From the NCBI GenBank assembly GCA_964549745.1, contig CAZJWP010000004.1, forward strand, positions 1-53,920: 53,920 bases of DNA. Direction: 5' to 3'. The position numbers and the translations under genes were made by a program. This DNA is from an uncultured bacterium. Its GTDB lineage: Bacteria > Fidelibacterota > Marinisomatia > Marinisomatales > J089. Positions within the stretch are counted from its first letter, which is position 1; each line of letters starts with the position of its first letter. Shown in pieces: positions 36,779 through 47,806 of the stretch. A model generated the notes under the pieces. It searched no databases. It saw only the letters and a list, made by a program, of their open reading frames with translations, and was not told the DNA's origin.

Positions 36779-37749
36779 TGCACGTCTCCGGGTTGACTTC
36801 CGTTTGCCGGGTTATTGAGTTGATACAAAAGTTCTCGCGCCTGGTTGCGAATGAAGGAGTTGGTTTCGGAGGATGCAACCAGTCGGAGGATGGGGAGCAA
36901 CTTCCGGGAAGGTTGCCTGGACAGGATGGAAATCGCTTCCATCCGAACGGCCTCGTTGGTATCTGCCATCAGGATTTTTTGACAGGCATTGACCAAAAGT
37001 GCATCCACCGGATAAGACTGCAACAACCGAATGGACCGAAGTCGGATACCCGGGTTTGGATCAGAAAGAGCCGATGAAATCAAGACCATCTCCACTTCAT
37101 CATTCGGTTGCATGTTTTCCATAAGATCGGCCGCTTTAATACGGGTACCGGGATTTTTGTCATTCAAAAGGAGGTAAGATACCAAATCACGAATATTTTC
37201 GTCATTGATATCCCCTGAAAGTTCAACGTCTTGCTGTGTGTTTAATTCTACATTGATTGGATGTTTTTGATTGGCGTCGAATTGAATGTTTGCATTCGAT
37301 AGCAACCCGGACTGAATCATCTTTCGGATATCTATTCCGGAATCGGATTTGGTTGGCGTTCCCATAGGGACCAGATAGCGCCCGGCTAAAAAGGCAATAA
37401 TCGCATAAGTCGCGATGGCCACAGATACTTTTTTGGGAACAAAAATAACATCAAAATAATGCCGGATTTGTTTTCCAGTACTGCGAACCAGTTGTTCGAA
37501 CTTGGGGCTTTCTTTTGCAAGATTGGCACGAAGCAGGTTACGCTGTTCTTGAAGCCACATTTCATCAGCGGTTTCTTCATTAAGTGAATCCGTGACTTGA
37601 AGTGTAGCTTTCAATTCCCGGACATAGTTTTCAAGCTCAGAATTGGACAGCAACTCGCGTTTGAATTCTTTCAACTCGTCAAAGTCGAGAGCATCCATAA
37701 CGTATAAGGCGGCTTGTTCTTTTAGGGTCTCACTCAGAATGTCACGCAT
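36775..37749 (-). CDS. Anti-sigma factor with single TM segment and extracytoplasmic HEAT-repeat domain
   Basis: 8-nt overlap with the sigma gene. N-terminal anti-sigma-like helix (EQAALYVMDALDFDELKEFKRELL) and TM segment (VSVAIATYAIIAFLAGRYLV). C-terminal HEAT-like repeats (DKNPGTRIKAADLM; DPNPGIRLRSIRLL; DTNEAVRMEAISIL; ETNSFIRNQAREL). Confidence 0.6.
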   Translation of the reverse strand: MRDILSETLKEQAALYVMDALDFDELKEFKRELLSNSELENYVRELKATLQVTDSLNEETADEMWLQEQRNLLRANLAKESPKFEQLVRSTGKQIRHYFDVIFVPKKVSVAIATYAIIAFLAGRYLVPMGTPTKSDSGIDIRKMIQSGLLSNANIQFDANQKHPINVELNTQQDVELSGDINDENIRDLVSYLLLNDKNPGTRIKAADLMENMQPNDEVEMVLISSALSDPNPGIRLRSIRLLQSYPVDALLVNACQKILMADTNEAVRMEAISILSRQPSRKLLPILRLVASSETNSFIRNQARELLYQLNNPANGSQPGDVQ

Positions 37750-38299
37750 AACGCAACTCCTTTAATTGTACCCGTAACTTTTCTACGGCACGAAACAGAT
37801 ATTTTTTAACAGTTCCTTCGGATAATCCCATGATACTGGCAATATCCTTAATTTTTTGATTTTGTAAATGTTTTAGAATAAAGACGATTTGTTGCTGTTT
37901 GGGTAAAATTTCCAATGCCTTTTTTACCTGTCCCATCACTTCAAGACGTTGCGAATCCGTGTGATCTTCCGCAGGAATCAGGCTGAGTGGAGAACGGTCA
38001 TCTTCGGCATGGGGATCTGCAAATCGCATCTTGGATTGTTTCCGGTGCATATTATAAGCGGTGTTTACCGTGATGCGATAAAGCCAGGTATAAAATCCAC
38101 TTTCAAACCGGAATTGATTGAGGTGGCGATATGCTTTCAAAAAAACCTCCTGGTAGAGGTCTTCAGCGTCCTGGCGATTGTGTGTGAGTTGTAATGCTAA
38201 GTTCATGATTTTTTCATCGTGTAGGGCGACCAGCTTATGAAAAGCTTCTTGATCGGCTCCTTGGGCATCCAGTATGAGCTGTTTTATTGTGTCGTCCAC
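37742..38299 (-). CDS. ECF-type RNA polymerase sigma-70 family factor
   Basis: GTG start. Region 2 (AEDLYQEVFLKAYRHLNQFR...FYTWLYRITVNTAYNMHRK) and region 4 HTH (QQQIVFILKHLQNQKIKDIASIMGLSEGTVKKYLFRAVEKLR). Confidence 0.9.
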   Translation of the reverse strand: MDDTIKQLILDAQGADQEAFHKLVALHDEKIMNLALQLTHNRQDAEDLYQEVFLKAYRHLNQFRFESGFYTWLYRITVNTAYNMHRKQSKMRFADPHAEDDRSPLSLIPAEDHTDSQRLEVMGQVKKALEILPKQQQIVFILKHLQNQKIKDIASIMGLSEGTVKKYLFRAVEKLRVQLKELRYA

Positions 38300-38363
38300 G
38301 TATCTGATTGATCACTTCCGTTTAGACCGGAAGGAATTCAAATGGTTGTCTTATTGATTGTAT

Positions 38364-38395
38364 AAAAAAAGCCCCCAGAATTCCGAGGGCTTTTT
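38364..38395 (-). terminator. Rho-independent terminator after mdh
   Basis: Minus-strand RNA reads AAAAAGCCCUC-GGAAUUCU-GGGGGCUUUUUUU: a 6-bp stem (one G.U pair) followed by U7, about 25 nt after the mdh stop. Confidence 0.75.
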
Positions 38396-38419
38396 GCTGA
38401 AGATTAAAATAGATTAAAG

Positions 38420-39364
<945 letters not shown>

Positions 39365-39433
39365 TTAATCTGTGTTAAAAACAGGGTTGATCGTGCTTGG
39401 AAATTACAAACAATCCCTCGGAGGTTATATACA

Positions 39434-39466
39434 AAAACCCCGGATAGAAGTTCTATCCGGGGTTTT
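39434..39466 (-). terminator. Rho-independent terminator after rpmA
   Basis: Minus-strand RNA reads CCCCGGAUAG-AACUU-CUAUCCGGGG followed by UUUUUGU; 10-bp stem, about 25 nt after the rpmA stop. Confidence 0.85.
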
Positions 39467-39489
39467 CTAAAAGAAATATTATATGAGAA

Positions 39490-39744
39490 TCAGGATGTTA
39501 CAACACTTACGGTTTTCCGTGATCCGCCTTTTTTCTCAAATTTGACGACACCGTCGGATATTGCGAACAACGAATCATCTCCGGCTCGTTTAACATTGTC
39601 ACCGGGATGAAACTTCGTCCCACGCTGTTTGACAATAATACCACCCGCCAAAATTGTCTGACCATCAGATACTTTGATGCCCAATCGTTTGGAATTGGAA
39701 TCACGACCGTTTCGGGAACTACCCTGTCCTTTTTTATGTGCCAT
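39490..39744 (-). CDS. rpmA: 50S ribosomal protein L27
   Basis: [25 protein letters not shown]...[15 protein letters not shown] is the canonical L27 sequence. Confidence 0.95.
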   Translation of the reverse strand: MAHKKGQGSSRNGRDSNSKRLGIKVSDGQTILAGGIIVKQRGTKFHPGDNVKRAGDDSLFAISDGVVKFEKKGGSRKTVSVVTS

Positions 39745-39747
39745 AGA

Positions 39748-40125
39748 TTATTTCTCCTTTTCAGGATTCTCAGCCGGTTGCTTAGCTTTGGGCGCGGCTT
39801 TTTTCTTGGGAGCTGCAAGTGTAATGGAATCTACCTTCACCAGAGAAAATCCCTGACGATGTCCATTCTTTCGCTGATAACCCTTGCGGCGTTTTTTCTT
39901 GTAGATCAGTACTTTTCGGTCACGGCCATGCTCAACAACGCTGAGTGTCGCTTTAGCATTTTTAACCGTCGGTGTTCCGATCTTTACGGTTTTCCCGTCA
40001 TCGGTTAACAGAATCGATTCGATTTTAATGGTGTCGCCGGGATTGGAATCCAAACGGGGCACTTTTACGGTTTTCCCTTCGGATAGTTTAAATTGTTTAC
40101 CGGCTATTGACGCAATCGCGTACAT
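39748..40125 (-). CDS. rplU: 50S ribosomal protein L21 with Lys/Ala/Pro-rich C-terminal tail
   Basis: The start MYAIASIAGKQFKLSEG at 40125 is preceded by GGAGG; the ORF-track start at 40146 is less likely. L21 core ...KVLIYKKKRRKGYQRKNGHRQ, then the tail AAPKKKAAPKAKQPAENPEKEK. Confidence 0.9.
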   Translation of the reverse strand: MYAIASIAGKQFKLSEGKTVKVPRLDSNPGDTIKIESILLTDDGKTVKIGTPTVKNAKATLSVVEHGRDRKVLIYKKKRRKGYQRKNGHRQGFSLVKVDSITLAAPKKKAAPKAKQPAENPEKEK

Positions 40126-40160
40126 TTTTTCCTCCAATATAGCCAAGAAATTTAGATGAA

Positions 40161-41696
40161 TTAATCATCCTTTCCAACTTCAACTTCTTCTGTGATATCA
40201 ACTTTTTCTTTTCCTCGAGTGAACCGAAAGGCATCCCGCGCTACTGCGGAATCCGATTCCATTTTGATTCTCACAAAATTTTGCCACATGAGACCGCGCA
40301 TCATTTGTTTCTTTTGTTCCTGAAGATAGGAATAAACCTCCGGATGAACCAGAAGAGTCAACTTAAGGGAACGATGTTTCGCTTTATAGCGTCGTAACCA
40401 ATGGTCGATCCGGGTAATCAGTGTATCTTTGGAAATGATGCGTCCGGAACCGCCGCAGGTGGGACATTCATCGCTCATGGTGTCCAGAATACTGAGCCGA
40501 ATCCGCTGGCGGGTCATTTCCAACAACCCAAAGTCAGAGATCGGTGAAACCGCTACTTTGGCCCGATCCTTCTTTAATTCTTTACGCAGTTCATAATAAA
40601 CCTTACGCTGGTTATCGGACTCGCGCATGTCGATAAAATCGATGACGATTAGTCCGGAGAGATCGCGCAGACGAAGCTGCCGGGCCACTTCACGAGCTGC
40701 TTCAAGATTGATCTTAAGGGAATTGTCTTCATGCAAATTGCGACCCACATAACGTCCGCTGTTCACATCCACCACCACCATGGCTTCCGTCTTTTCGATG
40801 ACCAGGTAGGCGCCGCTCTTTAACCACGCTTTGGGGCGAAGGAGTTTGCTGATCTCACTTTCAATCCCCATACTTTCAAACAATGGCATCTTAAGTTTAT
40901 ACAACTCCAAACGGTCCGCCAAGTTTGGTGATACGTCCTGCAAATATCCCTGTAAGCGTTTGAACAGTCGTTTGGAATCAAAGATGATTTTGCCCACGTC
41001 AGCCGTGAGTAAATCCCGTATAACACTCGAGGCTGTTTCCAGATCTTCATAGATCAATGCGGGGGCCTCCAAACGGTCGGCTTTCCTCTTCAAGCGATCC
41101 CAATGCTCTTCCAGCATCTTGTAATCATTTTTAACCGTTTCGTCGCTTTTACCTTCTGCAACAGTGCGGACGATCAATCCCAGGCCTTCACCTTTCAATT
41201 GGCCCACAAGCTTTTTTAACCGTCGTCGTTCGTATTTATCCCAGATCTTCTTGGAGATTCCAATGTAATTCGCGTTGGGGACCAACACCAACAGTCGACC
41301 GGGAATCGCCACTTCAGTGGTAACCCGCGGACCCTTGCTTGCAAACGGTTCTTTGATCACCTGGACAAAAATGTCCTGTCCGGTTTGCAGGTCTACGGAA
41401 ATATTGTCGTCATTATGGTGATTGTTTGAGCGTCCATTGCTATTTTCATATTCCTCGCTCAAGTATTCACTGTTATGGATTTCGGAAAAGGGGAGGAAGG
41501 CATTGATATCTTGACCGATATCCACAAAAGCTGCCTGCATTCCAGGGAGTACATTCTCTACTTTTCCTTTATAGATGTTACCAACCATCCGGTGTTTATC
41601 TTCTTTTTCAATATAAACTTCAACCAGTCGGTCATCTTCCAAAATAGCAATGCGGGTTTCACCCACACTCTTACTGATATAAATCTCTTTTTTCAT
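40161..41696 (-). CDS. rng: Ribonuclease G/E family endoribonuclease
   Basis: S1 domain (GNIYKGKVENVLPGMQAAFVDIG), DNase I-like/5' sensor region (GLIVRT, VVVDVNSG), Zn-link CPTCGGSG. Its 511-aa size fits RNase G. Confidence 0.9.
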   Translation of the reverse strand: MKKEIYISKSVGETRIAILEDDRLVEVYIEKEDKHRMVGNIYKGKVENVLPGMQAAFVDIGQDINAFLPFSEIHNSEYLSEEYENSNGRSNNHHNDDNISVDLQTGQDIFVQVIKEPFASKGPRVTTEVAIPGRLLVLVPNANYIGISKKIWDKYERRRLKKLVGQLKGEGLGLIVRTVAEGKSDETVKNDYKMLEEHWDRLKRKADRLEAPALIYEDLETASSVIRDLLTADVGKIIFDSKRLFKRLQGYLQDVSPNLADRLELYKLKMPLFESMGIESEISKLLRPKAWLKSGAYLVIEKTEAMVVVDVNSGRYVGRNLHEDNSLKINLEAAREVARQLRLRDLSGLIVIDFIDMRESDNQRKVYYELRKELKKDRAKVAVSPISDFGLLEMTRQRIRLSILDTMSDECPTCGGSGRIISKDTLITRIDHWLRRYKAKHRSLKLTLLVHPEVYSYLQEQKKQMMRGLMWQNFVRIKMESDSAVARDAFRFTRGKEKVDITEEVEVGKDD

Positions 41697-42001
41697 CTCA
41701 TTCGCCCGATTCGTGTATTATCAGAGAAAACATTTAATCAATGCACTGCCCTGGCCGCTTTTTCCGGCGGGTTGAGTAGTGATTACGATCTGTTCGGTGA
41801 GGAGGGGGTAGAAGGGAAAGAAAAATGGGGTTTTGAAAACAAAATTTTGAAAATCTTGTAAGAAAAAGGTTTAAGTTTTTACGCTTTTGCTCCTTCAACC
41901 CTCTTTCACGAAGTCTAAAAATAAATGAATTTAAATCCCTCTTCAAGGAATAAATTGGCTTGATCCAATATTCTGAGTAATCTATTTTGATACTACAAAT
42001 A

Positions 42002-42080
42002 GTCACGATTTGAGCCCTATTGCCGTGACGATAAACCAGAGCTAAAAAGGCAATTGCCGGCTCTGCGCCGGTATTTTTTT
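42002..42080 (+). promoter_or_regulatory. Structured 5' leader of metH ending in a terminator-like hairpin plus U7
   Basis: Hairpin 1: GTCACG(42002-07)/CGTGAC(42024-29). Helix CAGAGC(42037-42)/GCTCTG(42060-65) is mutually exclusive with the terminator-like stem CCGGC(42057-61)/GCCGG(42067-71), which is followed by T7 (42074-80), 16 nt before the metH ATG. No upstream + strand gene exists for it to terminate. Confidence 0.45.
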
Positions 42081-42095
42081 ACCATTTGGAGCGCC

Positions 42096-45000
42096 ATGAA
42101 AAAAAACATTCATGAACTTTTAAGATCGCGAATTTTGGTTCTGGATGGAGCCATGGGAACGATGATCCAGTCCCATCATTTGACGGAATTCGATTTCCGC
42201 GGTACGCGATTCAAGGATCATTCTGTGGATTTAACAGGAAATAACGATCTGTTGTCTATCACTCGTCCTGATGTGATTGAGTCCATCCATTATCAATATC
42301 TTGATGCCGGTTCCGATATTGTCGAAACCAATACATTCAGCGCTACAGCGATTGCCCAAAAAGATTATCATTTGGAATCGCTGGCGTACGAATTGAATTA
42401 CGAATCAGCCCGGATCGCCCGCCGAGTTGTGGATGACTTCAATCAGCGCGATTCTGAAAAACCGCGATTTGTTTGCGGAATTTTGGGTCCTACCAATAAA
42501 ACCGCTTCTATGTCTCCCGATGTCAACCGCCCGGGCTACCGGAATATTGCATTTGATGAATTAGCCGCTGCTTATGAAACCGCAGCGGAAGGTTTGATTA
42601 AAGGTGGCGCCGATTTGATTATGATCGAAACCGTTTTTGACACACTTAACGCAAAAGCAGCGTTAATGGCTGTCCATAATGTGTTCGAGCGGCTAAAATG
42701 CGAACTACCCATTATGATCTCCGGAACGATTACCGATGCCAGCGGACGGACATTAAGCGGACAGACCATTGAAGCGTTCTGGATTTCCCTTCGGCATGGA
42801 AACCTGCTTAGTATGGGATTGAATTGCGCTTTGGGCGCTGAACAAATACGACCGTATTTAAAAGCGCTTTCCGGCTTGGCCGATGTGGCGGTGAGTGTCC
42901 ATCCCAACGCGGGCCTGCCAAATGAAATGGGCGAATATGATGACACACCGGAGATCATGGCTGAATGGATTGGTGAATTTGCCCAATCCGGCTTTACCAA
43001 TATAGTCGGCGGTTGTTGCGGTTCTACGCCGGACCACATTCGGGCTATTGTTGAAGCAGTACAAAATATCCCGCCAAGGGATATTCCGGATCGGTTACCC
43101 GGAACATATTTAAGCGGCTTGGAACCACTCATCATTAATAAGGATTCATTGTTTGCCAATGTAGGTGAGCGAACCAATGTTGCAGGTTCAGCCAAATTCC
43201 GACGGCTAATCAAAGAAGATAAACTGGATGAAGCTCTGTCGGTAGCCAGGGACCAGATTGAGAACGGTGCACAAATATTTGATATTAATATGGATGAAGG
43301 ATTGCTGGATTCCGTGCAGGCTATGGAAACCTTCCTTCGTCTGGTCGCATCAGAGCCTGATATAACCAAAACCCCGATCATGATAGATTCTTCGAAGTGG
43401 GATGTTTTGGAAACCGGTTTAAAGAATATCCAGGGAAAACCGGTGGTAAACAGTATTAGCCTTAAAGAAGGTGAATCTGAGTTTCTTAAGCAGGCTCGGT
43501 TAATTCGTCGCTACGGCGCTGCCGTGATTGTCATGGCCTTTGATGAACAAGGTCAGGCGGAAACAGTAGAAAAACGTGTTGAGATTTGTTCACGATGTTA
43601 CGATTTGCTGGTTAATGAGGTAGGTTTTGACCCGGAAGACATCATTTTCGATCCGAACATTTTTGCTGTAGCAACCGGCATTCCGGAACACAATTCTTAT
43701 GCATTGAATTATTTGGAAGCATGCCGCATTCTGAAAGAGAGGTTTCCGCAGTCGCTGGTAAGCGGGGGTGTCTCCAATTTATCTTTTTCTTTCCGTGGAA
43801 ATAATCCGGTCCGGGAAGCGATGCATTCGGTTTTCCTGTATCATGGAATTAAAGCAGGTATGGATATGGGGATTGTGAATCCCGGTCAATTGCAGATCTA
43901 TGATGAAATCCCGATAGAACTTCGCGATGCAGTGGAAGATGTAATCCTGAATCGTCGGGAAGATGCCACCGAACGATTGCTGGACATGGCCGGAAGTGTG
44001 AAAAGTAAATCAAAACAAAACGTGACAGAAGCAGAATGGCGAACCACGAGTGTTGAATCCAGAATAATCCACAGTCTGGTTGAAGGGATTGTTACTTTCA
44101 TCGAAGAAGATACGGAGGAGGCACGTCAAAAATTCGGTGATCCGGTAAAAGTCATCGAAGGCCCGCTAATGAACGGCATGAATAAAGTGGGTGACCTATT
44201 TGGCGCCGGAAAAATGTTTTTACCCCAGGTCGTAAAAAGCGCGCGTGTGATGAAAAAAGCCGTAGCCTTCCTTGAGCCGTTTTTACGTAAATCCTCAAAG
44301 GATTCGAAGGTCCGGAGCCATAAAAAGGTTTTGCTGGCAACAGTAAAGGGTGATGTGCATGACATTGGGAAGAATATTGTATCGATCATTCTTCAGTGTA
44401 ATGCTTTTGAGGTGATCGATCTCGGTGTGATGGTACCCACTGAAAAAATATTGGATACGGCGCAAAAAGAAGACGTGGATCTGATTGGACTTAGCGGATT
44501 GATTACACCTTCGCTGGACCGGATGGTAGAAGTGGCCAATGAAATGGAACGGCGTCAATTTCGAACTCCATTGCTGATTGGTGGTGCCACAACATCCAAA
44601 CTCCACACGGCAGTGAAAATAGCACCGGAGTATTCAGGTACGGTGAACTACATACCGAATGCTTCGCGCGTTGTGGGAATGACATCCGGTTTACTCAACC
44701 CGGACAAGGCACAGGAAACAGCCCGCAGCATTCGCGATGAATATGCCCGTATTAAAACTGGTTATGAATCACGCAATCAAAAACGGCAGTTAACCGAAAT
44801 TGGTATGTGCCGAGAAAAAGCTTTTATGCCGACGGGGAATGGCCCATCTCCGGCACCGGTAATGCCAGGTTTGGGGATGGATGAAAATATTTCAATTGAT
44901 AAGATTCGCCCTTACATAGACTGGACGCCATTTTTTAGGGTTTGGGAAATTAAAGGGAAATACCCGGCCGTTCTGGAGCACCCGAAGAAAGGTAAAGAAG

Positions 45001-45767
45001 CGCAAAAGCTTTTCGAAGATGCCCAAAGATATTTGGATGAAATGAGTAACAAGCAGTCGATACAATGTGCAGCCGTTTGGGGAATTTTCCCAGCCAATCG
45101 TATTGGCGATGATATTGAAATCTACACTTCAATTGAACAGCGAGGGATCCTCGCGACGGCTCACCATTTAAGACAACAAAGCGGGAAAGATTCATATAAA
45201 TGTCTGGCAGATTTTATAGCAGCAAAAGATACCGGTAAGGTGGACTGGATGGGCGCTTTTGCTGTGACAGGCGGGATCGGCGCTGCTGATCTGGCAGCGC
45301 GGTATACGCAAAAACTGGATGACTATTCGTCACTCATGATTCAGGCATTGGCCGATCGTCTGGCGGAAGGATTGGCGGAATTCCTGCACAGGAAAATCAG
45401 AACGCAAATTTGGGGATATGCGTCAGACGAAAATCTGGCACCAGACGATTTGATCCATGAATTATATCGTGGAATTCGTCCGGCTCCCGGCTATCCGGCC
45501 TGTCCGGATCATTCGGAGAAGGAAGTGATCTGGTCCCTGTTGAATCCGGAAAAGATTGGGATCACACTGACGGAGAGTTTTGCCATGAGTCCGGCCGCTT
45601 CAGTTTCCGGCTGGTATTTTGCCCATCCGGATGCGACCTATTTTTCTGTCGGTAAAGTAGGCAGCGATCAGGTCCGGGACTACGCAAACCGGAAAGGATT
45701 GGATATGCGAACAATTGAATCGTTATTAGGTCAAAATTTGGCTTACACCCCGGCAATTAATAAGTGA
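42096..45767 (+). CDS. metH: Cobalamin-dependent methionine synthase
   Basis: The start [23 protein letters not shown] at 42096 follows GGAG. All modules are present: Hcy-binding (GGCCGSTP), pterin-binding ([10 protein letters not shown]), B12-binding ([13 protein letters not shown]...GLSGLITPS) and AdoMet-activation ([12 protein letters not shown]). Confidence 0.95.
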   Translation: MKKNIHELLRSRILVLDGAMGTMIQSHHLTEFDFRGTRFKDHSVDLTGNNDLLSITRPDVIESIHYQYLDAGSDIVETNTFSATAIAQKDYHLESLAYELNYESARIARRVVDDFNQRDSEKPRFVCGILGPTNKTASMSPDVNRPGYRNIAFDELAAAYETAAEGLIKGGADLIMIETVFDTLNAKAALMAVHNVFERLKCELPIMISGTITDASGRTLSGQTIEAFWISLRHGNLLSMGLNCALGAEQIRPYLKALSGLADVAVSVHPNAGLPNEMGEYDDTPEIMAEWIGEFAQSGFTNIVGGCCGSTPDHIRAIVEAVQNIPPRDIPDRLPGTYLSGLEPLIINKDSLFANVGERTNVAGSAKFRRLIKEDKLDEALSVARDQIENGAQIFDINMDEGLLDSVQAMETFLRLVASEPDITKTPIMIDSSKWDVLETGLKNIQGKPVVNSISLKEGESEFLKQARLIRRYGAAVIVMAFDEQGQAETVEKRVEICSRCYDLLVNEVGFDPEDIIFDPNIFAVATGIPEHNSYALNYLEACRILKERFPQSLVSGGVSNLSFSFRGNNPVREAMHSVFLYHGIKAGMDMGIVNPGQLQIYDEIPIELRDAVEDVILNRREDATERLLDMAGSVKSKSKQNVTEAEWRTTSVESRIIHSLVEGIVTFIEEDTEEARQKFGDPVKVIEGPLMNGMNKVGDLFGAGKMFLPQVVKSARVMKKAVAFLEPFLRKSSKDSKVRSHKKVLLATVKGDVHDIGKNIVSIILQCNAFEVIDLGVMVPTEKILDTAQKEDVDLIGLSGLITPSLDRMVEVANEMERRQFRTPLLIGGATTSKLHTAVKIAPEYSGTVNYIPNASRVVGMTSGLLNPDKAQETARSIRDEYARIKTGYESRNQKRQLTEIGMCREKAFMPTGNGPSPAPVMPGLGMDENISIDKIRPYIDWTPFFRVWEIKGKYPAVLEHPKKGKEAQKLFEDAQRYLDEMSNKQSIQCAAVWGIFPANRIGDDIEIYTSIEQRGILATAHHLRQQSGKDSYKCLADFIAAKDTGKVDWMGAFAVTGGIGAADLAARYTQKLDDYSSLMIQALADRLAEGLAEFLHRKIRTQIWGYASDENLAPDDLIHELYRGIRPAPGYPACPDHSEKEVIWSLLNPEKIGITLTESFAMSPAASVSGWYFAHPDATYFSVGKVGSDQVRDYANRKGLDMRTIESLLGQNLAYTPAINK

Positions 45768-45912
45768 TCTGTATCTAATAAATAAGGCCCGTGTGATCCA
45801 GCTTAAATAATTAAATATATAGCGATTTCGTATGGTTTTTTATTGAGGTATCGGTATATTTTGGTTAGCGGTCTTAACAAATTTGCCAGGCCGCTACAGG
45901 GTAGGAGAAGTT

Positions 45913-47121
45913 ATGAAATCCAAAATATTAGCCGGGATTTTTTTACTTAGTTGGGTCGGAGCCCAGCAAGTGGATCTTTCCATTAATTTTGCGCCGTATG
46001 TGACTTACTACATCAGTTCGGTCGATTTAAATACGGGCGAAACGACCATTCCCATCTTTACCGGGACCATTTCAACATCCGATTATCCGCCGGACAGTGT
46101 ATCTATCTCCGTGGAATTTGCAGTTCAGGTTACGTCTGAAGCATTGGATTTGAACAATGAGACATTGGTTCAAATATCCACCGACCCCTTCTGGTTGAAA
46201 TCACCAATCTCATTGTCCAATACCGACATGAATTTGGATACCCGGGAGATTTTTGATTCCGAAGGGAAAAAAGTCCCCCTTCACATTCACGTGGATGAAC
46301 AAATCGATTTGGCCCAGGCTGAGGAACTTCAGAATTCGATTATTCAGATGGGGCGGCTTCCCAATGGCAGCTACCATTTCATGGTGACGATTTATGATGG
46401 AAATTCCTCCGGCTCCATGTTGGCCCAGGATGATCAAACCCTTCAGGTGGAAACACCGACTGTGCTTCAGTTGGTTGCACCGGGAGGCGCTTTGGCCGAT
46501 ACTTCAGAAAATGAGATTTATACTTCATTCCCGGTGTTGCAATGGGAATCTGATCCCTGCATGGTACCGGGCGGATGCAACTATTTTATTCGGGTTGCCG
46601 AATTTAATCCTCAGGAACATGCTTCTGTTGAACAGGCGATCGAATCGCAAACGCGTTTACCTTTGGATCAGGCACAGGAATTTTATCCCGTTGGTTCCGG
46701 TGTGTTTTCCTTCCAATACCCCATCACCAATGCTGGTGATTTAGAACCGGGAAAAGTCTATGTCTGGCAGGTGAAAAAGACCTATGGCACGACGGCAGGT
46801 ACCGAGTCTATACTGAGTGAGATATTTGCTTTCAAGGTTAAAGATTTGAGTTCCGGTGCACCTTCAGGAGGCGAAGGCGCTCCAAACCAAAATTTAACGC
46901 AATTACAAAATATTATGAGTAGTGATCAGTACCAGCAACTATTCAGTCAGGGCGGAGAGCTATACAATTATTCGCCTACCGGTAATGTCACTTTTGACGG
47001 AACAAGTATAGACTTCAATACCCTTCAAAGCTACTTTACCCAAGGGATTCCCTACGAAGATTCCACTGGGACAACCCAATACTATATTCCACAAATTTTA
47101 TCTGTGGAGGTGCCACAATGA
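45913..47121 (+). CDS. Hypothetical secreted protein
   Basis: The ATG at 45913 is preceded by AGGAGAAG. Signal peptide ...SWVGA/QQVDL. No recognisable motif. ATGA overlap with the next gene. Confidence 0.55.
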   Translation: MKSKILAGIFLLSWVGAQQVDLSINFAPYVTYYISSVDLNTGETTIPIFTGTISTSDYPPDSVSISVEFAVQVTSEALDLNNETLVQISTDPFWLKSPISLSNTDMNLDTREIFDSEGKKVPLHIHVDEQIDLAQAEELQNSIIQMGRLPNGSYHFMVTIYDGNSSGSMLAQDDQTLQVETPTVLQLVAPGGALADTSENEIYTSFPVLQWESDPCMVPGGCNYFIRVAEFNPQEHASVEQAIESQTRLPLDQAQEFYPVGSGVFSFQYPITNAGDLEPGKVYVWQVKKTYGTTAGTESILSEIFAFKVKDLSSGAPSGGEGAPNQNLTQLQNIMSSDQYQQLFSQGGELYNYSPTGNVTFDGTSIDFNTLQSYFTQGIPYEDSTGTTQYYIPQILSVEVPQ

Positions 47122-47804
47122 AACGCACCATTCTTTTGATTACACTGATTTGCTCAACTTTGATTGCCGGTCCGAAGATCGGGATTATTATCAAAGTCAC
47201 CGGTTCGGTTAATGTGTTACATGATGGCGATAATAATGCCGTGCCTGCCCGACCGGGTCTGGCGCTTGAAGACAAAGACATGATTCAAACCGGCGATGGC
47301 GGATTTGCCACGGCTCTTTATCTTGATGATAAAACCCAGATTAAAGTCGCCGCCAATTCGGAGTATCGTATCGGTGGCACATCCGGTCCCAATGGTATCA
47401 ATAAAAAAGTGGACGTGAGTTATGGAAAATTGCGCGCCACTGTCGCGAAACAGCACGGGAAAGAATTCCTGATTGCCACACCCACATCGGTTGCATCTGT
47501 GAAAGGAACAGACTTTATTGTTGTTGCCGACCCGAATGTAGGGGACGCCTTTATGATCCTGGAAGGTGTGGTAGAGGTAACGAATAATCTGACGGGTATT
47601 TCGCAGACTGTATCTCAAAATCAAACAGCAAATTCCGATTCAGATGGAAATGTGGATGTGACGGAGACTCAAACTGATGATATCCCGGATTTTGAAAATG
47701 GAGAGGAACAGGGTCAGGACGTGGAATCCAACCAGCGGGAAATCAGGATTGAAATGACAGACCCTGCCGGGAATACCAAAGAACTAGTAATTCGAATTCA
47801 ATAA
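47118..47804 (+). CDS. Periplasmic FecR-domain protein (no anti-sigma N-terminal domain)
   Basis: Signal peptide MKRTILLITLICSTLIA. FecR-type pattern (GSVNVLHDG...ARPGLALEDKDMIQTGDGGFATALYLDDKTQIKVAANSEYRI...FLIATPTSVASVKGTDFIVVAD...MILEGVVEV). Confidence 0.7.
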   Translation: MKRTILLITLICSTLIAGPKIGIIIKVTGSVNVLHDGDNNAVPARPGLALEDKDMIQTGDGGFATALYLDDKTQIKVAANSEYRIGGTSGPNGINKKVDVSYGKLRATVAKQHGKEFLIATPTSVASVKGTDFIVVADPNVGDAFMILEGVVEVTNNLTGISQTVSQNQTANSDSDGNVDVTETQTDDIPDFENGEEQGQDVESNQREIRIEMTDPAGNTKELVIRIQ

Positions 47805-47806
47805 TC

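Noticed and set aside
41734-42006. 90-aa minus-strand ORF in the rng-metH intergenic region.
   Set aside because: It is AT-rich and Lys/Arg/Phe-rich with a low-complexity translation, and no RBS or motif. The region is better interpreted as divergent promoters/leaders.
42572-43381. 269-aa antisense ORF inside metH.
   Set aside because: It lies entirely antisense to a strongly supported, conserved CDS. Its Ser/Arg-rich low-complexity translation is typical of antisense frames, and it has no RBS.
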